DNA of 64,000 bases. Origin: Candidatus Saccharimonadales bacterium. Its GTDB lineage: Bacteria; Patescibacteriota; Saccharimonadia; Saccharimonadales; SZUA-47. Below are positions 20,199 to 27,806 of the stretch, one piece after another; position 1 is the stretch's first letter; the number at the start of each line of letters is the position of its first letter. The notes below the pieces were generated by a model that did no database searches, had not been told where the DNA came from, and saw only the letters and a list, made by a program, of their open reading frames with translations. The stretch spans positions 7,015-71,014 of the forward strand of contig JBGSRU010000009.1 in the NCBI GenBank assembly GCA_041737385.1, written 5' to 3'. The position numbers and the translations under genes are program-made.

Positions 20199-21254
20199 AT
20201 GAATTCATCACGTCTTTCTCTCAGCAGTCCGAGCCTGAATAGTCGTATCAAAAAATTTGATACTTATCAGCGTAACAATCGAACTTCTAAGATAACGACG
20301 AGACCGCAACTGAAAATAGTAAATTCTCACCACCTTCAATCGACGAGTACACCTTCTAACGTCATTTTTAAATCGACGAAATCATATGCGCCTACAGCCG
20401 CAGTAGAAAGCCGTAGCAACTCGCCTGTGCAACCTCGAATTCTGCCGATACAACCTTCTACTCGATCAAATTTTACAAAAAAGCTTGCACTCGATGCAGT
20501 ACAAAAGTCACCGCGTGTTGAGCGAACTATAGAAAGTCAGTTTGTTGAGCCAGTCGTAACTAAAAGTAGAAAAGCAACATTGTTTCAAAGAGCTTTCTAC
20601 ACTTTAGGTGCAGTTATATTTTTGTTTGCTGGCGGGGTGAGCGTTCAGACTTTGATTAATAATCAAAACGCAAAAGAACAATTAGGTGTGCTTGGCGAAC
20701 AAACACAAACAACCGACGAACAAGGAGCTGCAGAAGGCACTGGTAGTGATCCTGCAGAAGGTGAAGTTAGCGCCCAAGCGATAGCAAATTACAAAGTCCA
20801 CCCAGAGCTTCCGCGCTACTTACGAATACCTGAGATTGGTGTATTTGCTCGTATAAAACATACCGGGGTGACCAAAGAAGGTGCTGTTGATGCACCAAAG
20901 AATATAAATGATGTTAGCTGGTATAACGAAGGCGCTGCACCAGGGAATTCTAGAGGCTCATCATTGCTACTAGGGCATGTTTCAGGGTGGACAGGCCCAG
21001 GAGTATTTAAGAAAATTGATACTTTGAAGCCTGGAATGCGTTTCGAAATTGAAAAGGGAAGCGGTGAGAAATTAACTTATGAAGTTACAAGAGGTGAAAA
21101 AATCCCACTCGATCAAGTTGATATGTCAAAAATTCTAGGCGTAGAAGTAGCCGGCGAACATGACTTAAAAATGATGACGTGCTCAGGGCGCTACAACAAA
21201 GATACCGACCAGTTTGAAGAGCGCTACGTCGTCTACGCAAAAATTATAAGATAA
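20199..21254 (+). CDS. Class F-type sortase with long N-terminal linker and TM anchor
   Basis: LRIPEIGV..., LLLGHVSG (His), MMTCSG (Cys) and ERYVVYA (Arg). Confidence 0.8.
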   Translation: MNSSRLSLSSPSLNSRIKKFDTYQRNNRTSKITTRPQLKIVNSHHLQSTSTPSNVIFKSTKSYAPTAAVESRSNSPVQPRILPIQPSTRSNFTKKLALDAVQKSPRVERTIESQFVEPVVTKSRKATLFQRAFYTLGAVIFLFAGGVSVQTLINNQNAKEQLGVLGEQTQTTDEQGAAEGTGSDPAEGEVSAQAIANYKVHPELPRYLRIPEIGVFARIKHTGVTKEGAVDAPKNINDVSWYNEGAAPGNSRGSSLLLGHVSGWTGPGVFKKIDTLKPGMRFEIEKGSGEKLTYEVTRGEKIPLDQVDMSKILGVEVAGEHDLKMMTCSGRYNKDTDQFEERYVVYAKIIR

Positions 21255-21434
21255 TCGTGCTTGCAAGAAGCCAGTATAACTGCGTATTATAAGGGTACGA
21301 TTGTTATTCAAAATGTGTGAAAACAAGCGTTTTGATACTTTATATTATTTATTTTTCGATTTATTGTACTACTTTTAGCAGGCTAAAGAAGTGATAGTGA
21401 TGTTTGTAGATGTAGAACAGCTCGATAGAAGGGA

Positions 21435-22958
21435 ATGGTCCTTATTATGGGTCCTGTTATTGCAGCAGCGTTAATTTCGCTAGGTGTTGGCTTTGGAGTT
21501 AGTAGCTACACAACAAAAAAGAAGCTCGGAAGTGCAGAGGAAGAGGCAAAAAAAGAGTTAGACAAAGCAAAAAAAGAATCAGCTAAACTTGTTGATGAGG
21601 CAAAAGAAGAAGCAAATAAGCTTGCTGAAGAAGCACGAAAAGAAGAGCAGCAACGACGCAACGAGTCAAAAGATATCGAAAGGCGGTTGATTGATCGTGA
21701 GACAAATCTTGATAAAAAGCTCGATGAGCTTGATAAACGTACAGAAAAATTACGTGCTGGTGAAGACGAAGTCGAAGCGCTGAAAAATGAGATTCGTGAT
21801 ATTCGTACCAAGCAACAAGATAAGCTAGAAAAGATAGCGAAGCTTACCAAAACTGATGCAGCTGACAAGCTCATGAAAATGACTGAGCGAGATATCAAAA
21901 ATGATCTAGAGGGCCTAGTCCACAAGTTACAAAATGAGGCAAAAGAGAACGCTGAAGAACTCGCAGGAACGATTCTCGTCACTGCTATGGAGCGAATGGC
22001 AAGCGAAGTGACTGCAGAACGAACAGTGTCTGCTTTGAAGCTTTCTGACGAAGAAATGAAAGGCCGCATAATTGGGAAAGAGGGGAGAAACATCCAAGCA
22101 ATCCAAAAAGCAACCGGCGTAGATATTATGGTTGATGACACGCCAGGAATGGTTGTTATAAGCTCATTTGATCCAATTAGGCGTGCGGTGGGTGTTAAAG
22201 TCATGGAAATGCTCATGAAAGATGGGCGTATTCATCCAGGTCGAATTGAAGAAGTTGTTGAAAAAGCACAAAAAGAAGTGCAAAAAGACGTTATGCGCGC
22301 TGGCGAAGATGCGGCTCGTGAAGTTGGTATCGTTGGGATTCCGAAAGAAGTGCTGCAACTTGTTGGGGAGTTAAAATTCCGCACAAGCTATGGCCAGAAC
22401 GTTTTGAAACATTCAACTGAAATGGCGCATATAGCTGGAATATTGGCTGAGCAGCTTGGCGCGGATGTAAAAGTAGCGAAATATGCTGCACTTATTCACG
22501 ACATGGGCAAAGCCTTGACGCACAAGATGGAAGGTAAACACCACCATATTAGTGGTGAAATGGCCCGTAAGTACGGCGTCCCTGAAGCAGTTGCTCTTGC
22601 AGCCGAACAACATCATGATGACGTTGAAGCAACATCCGTTGAAGCCTTGATTGTGCGTGTCGTTGATGCTATTTCGGCAGCGCGCCCGGGTGCGCGTAAT
22701 ATTTCAGCAGAAAACTTCTCAGAAAGGATGAAAGATCTAGAAAATACTGCACTTGGTTTCGACGGTGTCGAAAAAGTATACGCAATCAGTGCCGGTCGTG
22801 AAATTCGTGTATTTGTGAAGCCAACTAAGCTTGATGATCTTGGTGCTATCAAGCTTGCTCGAGACGTCGCCAATAAAATCGAATCAACTATGCAATACCC
22901 TGGAACGATCAAGGTGAATGTAATCAGAGAAACTAGAGCTATAGAATTTGCCAAGTAA
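21435..22958 (+). CDS. rny: Ribonuclease Y
   Basis: N-terminal TM helix, Lys/Glu coiled coil, KH domain (GRIIGKEGRNI) and HD domain (LIHDMGKA). Confidence 0.95.
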   Translation: MVLIMGPVIAAALISLGVGFGVSSYTTKKKLGSAEEEAKKELDKAKKESAKLVDEAKEEANKLAEEARKEEQQRRNESKDIERRLIDRETNLDKKLDELDKRTEKLRAGEDEVEALKNEIRDIRTKQQDKLEKIAKLTKTDAADKLMKMTERDIKNDLEGLVHKLQNEAKENAEELAGTILVTAMERMASEVTAERTVSALKLSDEEMKGRIIGKEGRNIQAIQKATGVDIMVDDTPGMVVISSFDPIRRAVGVKVMEMLMKDGRIHPGRIEEVVEKAQKEVQKDVMRAGEDAAREVGIVGIPKEVLQLVGELKFRTSYGQNVLKHSTEMAHIAGILAEQLGADVKVAKYAALIHDMGKALTHKMEGKHHHISGEMARKYGVPEAVALAAEQHHDDVEATSVEALIVRVVDAISAARPGARNISAENFSERMKDLENTALGFDGVEKVYAISAGREIRVFVKPTKLDDLGAIKLARDVANKIESTMQYPGTIKVNVIRETRAIEFAK

Positions 22959-23006
22959 ATTAGAGCTTCCTAATTTAAAGTTCTAGCGTCAATAGTTTCT
23001 GCAACA

Positions 23007-23049
23007 CCAACTAAAAAGACCACCTATAAAAAGTGGTCATTTTAGTTGG
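23007..23049 (+). terminator. 17-bp hairpin downstream of rny; part of repeat R1
   Basis: CCAACTAAAAAGACCAC..GTGGTCATTTTAGTTGG with one mismatch. It sits 49 nt after the rny stop. Confidence 0.4.
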
Positions 23050-23182
23050 TCGAGACCCACGCATTTTACTTGAATTGTTCAAATACATCTGTGAGAATCC
23101 TGAAAGTTCTAATAGGTTACTAGCTCGACTAAAACGAGAGCCTGTAAAAAGTACTGTCAAGATTGAGAACCTTGTATATTAG
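23033..23182 (+). CDS. 49-codon ORF inside R1 (possible small ribbon-helix-helix-like protein or conserved gene 3' end)
   Basis: GTG start. Compared with the R2 copy, nearly all differences are synonymous, including TTA/CTA and TTG/CTG Leu changes and six consecutive synonymous codons before different stop codons. Confidence 0.4.
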   Translation: MVILVGRDPRILLELFKYICENPESSNRLLARLKREPVKSTVKIENLVY

Positions 23183-23224
23183 CGATAAAGTGATATAATT
23201 TATACCAAAGATTGGAGTATTAAT

Positions 23225-23998
23225 GTGTCTACTTTGAGAATGTATGAAGCCGTTCGTGAAGAAGGTGCTGGTTTATGGGTTGGTGCAAACCAATATGGTC
23301 AGGAATTACCTAATGAAACAGAAGCTAATTTTATAGTACAAAAAACAGCCAAAGGTCTATGGCGAGTTGCTGTAAAGGGCTATAACGGAGGCAAGTTCTT
23401 TCCTACCTTAGTCAATACAAACGGTGAAGTTGCCGCACAAATAGGTGACCAGCATTACCCTGCAATGGACTCTCACCAAAGACTTATATCAGTTGATGAC
23501 GAAACTATGCAACTGTACGAAGAATCTTTAAGAGATACAGATGACAAAGATAGAGGATTGCTACTTAATGTTCTTGAAGGCGAAAAGCAAGGGCTATGGA
23601 GCTTGAGTGGTCCTGCCGAATATAACATTTATGAGGAGTTCGCTCAACTACTATATGGTGACGCAAGCCAAGTAGGACTTAGCTGGGGTGAATGGAGAGA
23701 ATGGGATGATAACAATCCTGACCAGTCTGGATACCACGTAAAAAAACCAGTTGCTGCCCAAGTAGTAGTAGATGGTCCTGAATTTCACGTTAGACCATAC
23801 GACCATAATGTTAGTGGTGTGACTGCGTCAGCGATTAAAGACAGGATTAAATACTTTCCTACAGCTACGAATCTAGTTAGAGACTTATCTGATGCTGATA
23901 CTATTGCTTTACGTTATATGAATGATGACTTTGCTTACGGCTCGCCAGCAGTAGAAACACAGAAAACTAATGTACTTGAAACAATTTACGGGAAGTAA
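23225..23998 (+). CDS. Hypothetical protein (257 aa, acidic, Trp/Tyr-rich)
   Basis: Long ORF with GTG start preceded by TTGGAG. I recognised no family. Confidence 0.5.
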   Translation: MSTLRMYEAVREEGAGLWVGANQYGQELPNETEANFIVQKTAKGLWRVAVKGYNGGKFFPTLVNTNGEVAAQIGDQHYPAMDSHQRLISVDDETMQLYEESLRDTDDKDRGLLLNVLEGEKQGLWSLSGPAEYNIYEEFAQLLYGDASQVGLSWGEWREWDDNNPDQSGYHVKKPVAAQVVVDGPEFHVRPYDHNVSGVTASAIKDRIKYFPTATNLVRDLSDADTIALRYMNDDFAYGSPAVETQKTNVLETIYGK

Positions 23999-24004
23999 CT
24001 TCAG

Positions 24005-24058
24005 TACGTCACACAATGACATTGTACGACATGCTCTAACAGGGATAGAGTGATTTAT
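24005..24058 (+). repeat. Direct repeat R3a (pairs with 26289-26343)
   Basis: TACGTCACACAATGACATTGTACGACATGCTCTAACAGGGATAGAGTGATTTAT versus a roughly 85 percent identical copy upstream of arsR. Confidence 0.7.
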
Positions 24059-24119
24059 GTCCTAGAGGACGTTCCTCTATAGGTGTAAAATCGTGTAACT
24101 TTGTATTTGAGAGGACTTG

Positions 24120-24204
24120 GTCACTTTCAGCGACCCCGAGATTTCATTGAATCAAATAAGTTTGATGAAGAAAGTCTCCTTCCGAAAGTCCACTGGACTT
24201 TCTC
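24120..24204 (-). repeat. Three-hairpin module, copy A (inserted in a tRNA-Pro-derived T arm)
   Basis: The minus strand reads GAGAAAGTCCAGTGGACTTTCGGAAGGAGAC...CGGGGTCGCTGAAAGTGAC. It is flanked by GAGAGGACTTG (24109-24119, identical to the tRNA-Pro T stem/loop) and ACCTCCAACC. Confidence 0.7.
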
Positions 24205-24255
24205 ACCTCCAACCTCTTCTCGGTCGGAGCTTCAAAGCCTCTCACGCCCAATGGT

Positions 24256-24431
24256 ACCAACTAAAAAGACCACTCGTGAAAGTGGTCATTTTAGTTGGTC
24301 GAGACCCACGCATTCTACTTGAACTGTTCAAATACATCTGTGAGAACCCTGAAAGTTCCGACAGGTTACTTGCTCGACTTAGACGTGAACCAAAACCTAG
24401 AATGGTCCAAATAGAAAATCTGGTGTACTAA
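24256..24431 (+). repeat. Direct repeat R2 (pairs with R1)
   Basis: Starts at the ACCA end of the degenerate tRNA-Pro 3' copy and includes the hairpin CCAACTAAAAAGACCAC..GTGGTCATTTTAGTTGG. Confidence 0.85.
24282..24431 (+). CDS. 49-codon ORF inside R2 (paralog of 23033-23182)
   Basis: It is in frame with the 104-aa track ORF 24117-24431, but only the last 49 codons are conserved with R1. Confidence 0.4.
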   Translation: MVILVGRDPRILLELFKYICENPESSDRLLARLRREPKPRMVQIENLVY

Positions 24432-24521
24432 TCTAGCGTGTTGACTTAAAACTGTCTTGTGTAAAGACTTCCTGATCCCTTTTTAGCGCATTAACAACAA
24501 TTTGGGCACATGTTTTGACTC

Positions 24522-25925
24522 CTATACGCAACAACTTAGTTTTGATATATCATTCTTGAACGAAAGAGCGGCGTACTTTATACCCTCAGATATGGTTGGG
24601 AACATTGGGATTGTATCTGTGACGTCATCAATTGTGTTTTTATTCTTAACAATCATCATAACCTCAGCAATCAGCTCACTTGCATGGGGTGCGACAATGG
24701 TCATGCCTTCAATAACTTCTGTCTTAGGATTAGCTGAAATGTTGAACAAGCCCTCGGTTTGCCTAGTTATGCCAGCTTTAGGTACTACTTCAAGCTGAAC
24801 TGTACGACACAAACACAGATTGTATCTACTCATCTGTTCTTCTTCGGTTAAACCAACACCTGCTAGTTGTGGGCTTGTGAATACAGCGAATGGAACAGTA
24901 TCATAATCTATTGAATTATTCTCGCTTTTAAGTGCGTTCAAGGTTGCAAGCGTTCCCTCACGACCAGCGGTCGTTTCTTGTCTTAGTGGAAGGTCAACGA
25001 CGTCCCCAACTGCAAATATATTCTTATTGTTGGTACTGTACGTGTTAGAAACCTTGATTGCTCCGTTTTTTGATAACTCAACGTTTGCCTTTTCGATGTT
25101 CATTTTGTCGGTATTAGGCGTTCTGCCAGAAGCAAGCAGTATCTCATCGACTACAAGTGTCTTTGATTCTTCGCCTACAGTGTAAGTTAGGTGTTTCTTC
25201 CCGTTCTTTGCCTCGACAGATTCAAGATTAGAACTGGTGATTATTTCGATACCTTCTTCTGATAGAATACCCTGTAGCCGAAATGCAGAACCTGTATCTA
25301 CTCTAGGCAGTATTCGTTCTGCTCGTTGCAAGATTGTAACTTTGCTTCCGAAACGAGAGAACATTTGTCCCCATTCCAATCCTTGTGCACCAGCACCAAC
25401 AACAGCTAATGACTTCGGTAGTTCTTTAAGCTCAACTGCATCAATGTGAGTTATATATCCAGCTTCTTCTAGCCCCTTTACGTCTGGTATCCGTGTTCGT
25501 GAGCCTGTTGCTATGATTATTTTTGGTGCTGTAAATGTTTCATTTTCAACAGCAACAGTTTTTTCGTTTTCAAAAGTGGCGTGCCCCTCAAGATAAGTTA
25601 CATGTTCAAGCTCGCCTAAGACGTCTTTATACTTCTTAGTTCGCATCTTCTCAACCATGGCTTGCTCATCAGCAATAACTTTGGCAAAATCAGCCTCTCT
25701 GACGTTAAACTCTAAACCAGGCACACCGTGATGTGTAGCATTGTGAACAAGTTCGGCTGCGTGAATAAGTGTTTTTGACGGGACACAGCCCACATTAACG
25801 CACGTACCGCCTAAAGGTAAGCCAGCATTGACCATCAAAGTCTTTGCTTTAAGTGTGTTGGCTTTAATGGCTGCAGAAAACGCTCCTGCACCGCCACCAA
25901 TAATAATAAGGTCGTATTGTTTCAT
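24522..25925 (-). CDS. merA: Mercuric reductase MerA (core enzyme, no N-terminal HMA domain)
   Basis: FAD motif IIIGGGAGAF, redox disulfide GGTCVNVGCVPSK and a C-terminal vicinal Cys pair (..KLSCCV). Confidence 0.8.
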   Translation of the reverse strand: MKQYDLIIIGGGAGAFSAAIKANTLKAKTLMVNAGLPLGGTCVNVGCVPSKTLIHAAELVHNATHHGVPGLEFNVREADFAKVIADEQAMVEKMRTKKYKDVLGELEHVTYLEGHATFENEKTVAVENETFTAPKIIIATGSRTRIPDVKGLEEAGYITHIDAVELKELPKSLAVVGAGAQGLEWGQMFSRFGSKVTILQRAERILPRVDTGSAFRLQGILSEEGIEIITSSNLESVEAKNGKKHLTYTVGEESKTLVVDEILLASGRTPNTDKMNIEKANVELSKNGAIKVSNTYSTNNKNIFAVGDVVDLPLRQETTAGREGTLATLNALKSENNSIDYDTVPFAVFTSPQLAGVGLTEEEQMSRYNLCLCRTVQLEVVPKAGITRQTEGLFNISANPKTEVIEGMTIVAPHASELIAEVMMIVKNKNTIDDVTDTIPMFPTISEGIKYAALSFKNDISKLSCCV

Positions 25926-25926
25926 T

Positions 25927-26247
25927 TTATGCTCCTAACATCTTAGCTACGTTTTGAAACTCTTTTTTATTGAGAGAGTAGAAGTTGTGCTTACCGTCCT
26001 TACGAACAGTCACAAGTTCCACATCTTTAAGACGAGCTAAACTATGTGAAGCATTGGAAATGCTTGTACCTACTAGTTCGGCTATGACTGTTACGTTAAG
26101 CTCGGGGTGGTGTCTGAGAAGGTAGCATATTTTTAATTTGGTCTGGTCACCAATGACACCGCATTGTCTGGCACATCTGTCGATTGCAACATTATCTACA
26201 AGTTCTTTTTTGATGTTATTGAGTTGAACGTTTGAACGCATATTCAA
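25927..26247 (-). CDS. ArsR/SmtB family metal-responsive transcriptional regulator
   Basis: Winged HTH (KLKICYLL...VTVIAELVGTSISNASHSLARLKDVELV). It sits 1 nt upstream of merA. Confidence 0.8.
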   Translation of the reverse strand: MNMRSNVQLNNIKKELVDNVAIDRCARQCGVIGDQTKLKICYLLRHHPELNVTVIAELVGTSISNASHSLARLKDVELVTVRKDGKHNFYSLNKKEFQNVAKMLGA

Positions 26248-26288
26248 ATGATACCATTACTTAAGCCCTGATTCAACAAGGCTTGTGC

Positions 26289-26343
26289 TACGTCGCACAA
26301 TCAACATTCTACGACATGCTCTAACAGGGGTAGAGCCATTTAT
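26289..26343 (+). repeat. Direct repeat R3b
   Basis: Copy of R3a. It overlaps the -10 and 5' UTR of the candidate arsR-merA promoter. Confidence 0.7.
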
Positions 26344-26366
26344 TTAGCGACTCGGGGCTTTGTCAA
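26338..26366 (-). promoter_or_regulatory. Candidate promoter of arsR-merA
   Basis: On the minus strand, TTGACA, a 17-nt spacer, then ATAAAT, about 90 nt upstream of the arsR start. Confidence 0.45.
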
Positions 26367-26444
26367 GTGCTAGTGTTGTTTTCGCCCACCCCTGTTAAAA
26401 AACCTACTACACCATAATAGGAATTTGCATACGTTTCATTAGGA

Positions 26445-27392
26445 TCAGACGTATATTCCTTGCTTAACTTTTATTGGGTCTAAAGGTTCGTTAGTAAACG
26501 GGTTAGTATAGCTGGTTAAGGGTGGTTCATCGGGTAAAGGAAACTTGCCAACCAGCCGAAATGGCTGTTTTGGCGGTGTTTCGTCACCTAGTTCTTCCCA
26601 TTCGCTTATCTTGCTAATTTCAATAGGCTCAAATACTATATCTTCCGATGACGTGAACGACTTGTCGCTTAGGTCATAAAAGCCACGAGCCATTTGCCCA
26701 ACAGCAGAACCTTTTCGCTTATTAGCCTTAACTACATACCTGTAAGTAAGGTCTACTATTATCGTGTCTCCACGTAGGTCAATTATTGGAACTTGTTCAA
26801 ATCTGTACTGGTATGAGCCTTCTTTGATAATGTCTATAGTATCGTCACTCCAATGGTCTCTAAATAATTCGTATATATTTCTTGGTGGCTCTGAGCCGTC
26901 AGATATTTTCATGTCCCATACTAGTGGCGAGAATCTAAAGTCTTGTCCTGTTTGTTCAAGACCATAAGAGATTGAATCAAGGTAAAATCCTTCCGCAATC
27001 ACTGGTGCTTTAATCATAAAGTTACTTGTATCTGCATGACCTTTATCTATTAGTACCACTGTCTTAATCTTGTAATGCTTGGCAGTTCGTAGGGCAGACT
27101 TAGTAAAGCCTGCATTTGAAATCATTATTCCGCTTTTTGCATTCTCATCCTTTAGCTTATTTGCAAATTGCTCAACCTTTGGCAGGTCTACTGGCTTTGA
27201 ATGATCCTTGCACTCAATATCAATGAAATCTTTGTCGCCAACCTTTATATCTATTTGTCTTGGAGCTTGGCTAATCACGCCAGTCACTTTTTGATTTGGT
27301 TTTACAATCTGATTACTAAAAACCTTGGAACTAGTCTGCATTGCACTTTCTTCAAAGCTTTTCCATTTAGGTTTCTTGGTGTTATCAGGCAT
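26445..27392 (-). CDS. Mrr-like restriction endonuclease domain protein (PD-(D/E)xK) with uncharacterised C-terminal domain
   Basis: N-terminal WKSFE...IDIKV...IDIECKDH...GIMISNAGFTKSA matches the Mrr_cat pattern. The C-terminal ~170 aa is unassigned. Confidence 0.6.
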   Translation of the reverse strand: MPDNTKKPKWKSFEESAMQTSSKVFSNQIVKPNQKVTGVISQAPRQIDIKVGDKDFIDIECKDHSKPVDLPKVEQFANKLKDENAKSGIMISNAGFTKSALRTAKHYKIKTVVLIDKGHADTSNFMIKAPVIAEGFYLDSISYGLEQTGQDFRFSPLVWDMKISDGSEPPRNIYELFRDHWSDDTIDIIKEGSYQYRFEQVPIIDLRGDTIIVDLTYRYVVKANKRKGSAVGQMARGFYDLSDKSFTSSEDIVFEPIEISKISEWEELGDETPPKQPFRLVGKFPLPDEPPLTSYTNPFTNEPLDPIKVKQGIYV

Positions 27393-27413
27393 TTACATAT
27401 CCTCAAGGATTAT

Positions 27414-27806
27414 CTATAAACTCGCAAGCACAATCGCTTCTTTAATCTCTTTTTCAATGCTATCGCCATATTTCTCAAGTTCTTCTAAAGTAACCCAAGA
27501 AAACTCTTGGTGCTCATCACTTAATACCACGTCATTGGTATTGGTGTCGCAAAGAAAGAACAATGCAACTATATGCTTAAGTTCACCTTCTGGTTTTGCG
27601 AACCACTCGTCAACGTGAATAACCTTACCTACAACTAAATCTGTAATACCAGTTTCCTCACTAGCTTCTCGGCGTAGACCGTCTTCCAGCTTTTCACCTT
27701 TTTCAAGTCTTCCGCCGACTGCTTGCCATCTTTCACCTTCACGAACAATAAGAAACTTTCCATCTTGATTTTTAATTACTGCTTTTACGGCTACTTGTGT
27801 ATCCAT
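27414..27806 (-). CDS. NUDIX hydrolase
   Basis: Nudix box GGRLEKGEKLEDGLRREASEETGI. Confidence 0.85.
   Translation of the reverse strand: MDTQVAVKAVIKNQDGKFLIVREGERWQAVGGRLEKGEKLEDGLRREASEETGITDLVVGKVIHVDEWFAKPEGELKHIVALFFLCDTNTNDVVLSDEHQEFSWVTLEELEKYGDSIEKEIKEAIVLASL

Larger units (their letters stand above)
23006..23182 (+). repeat. Direct repeat R1 (pairs with R2 at 24256-24431)
   Basis: About 176 bp. The first ~125 bp are roughly 90 percent identical to R2, and the remainder is conserved only at the amino-acid level. Confidence 0.85.

Noticed and set aside
21506-22954. Long minus-strand ORFs (236, 64, 66, 67 and 113 aa) antisense to rny
   Set aside because: They are Ser/Phe-rich low-complexity translations of the antisense of a Lys/Glu-rich, well-conserved RNase Y gene. 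This is a typical shadow-ORF pattern.
24294-24330. TGGTCGAGACCC...ACTTGAAC in R1/R2 as the reverse complement of another tRNA 3' end
   Set aside because: No cloverleaf can be drawn: there is no D arm, the acceptor pairs only 6 bp and ends in CA. In addition, the substitution pattern between R1 and R2 is codon-like (synonymous) on the plus strand.
24117-24431. 104-aa track ORF running through module A into repeat R2
   Set aside because: Only the last 49 codons are conserved with the R1 copy, which has an in-frame stop at 23027. The upstream part overlaps the structured module and the tRNA-derived sequence, so I kept only 24282-24431 as a low-confidence CDS.
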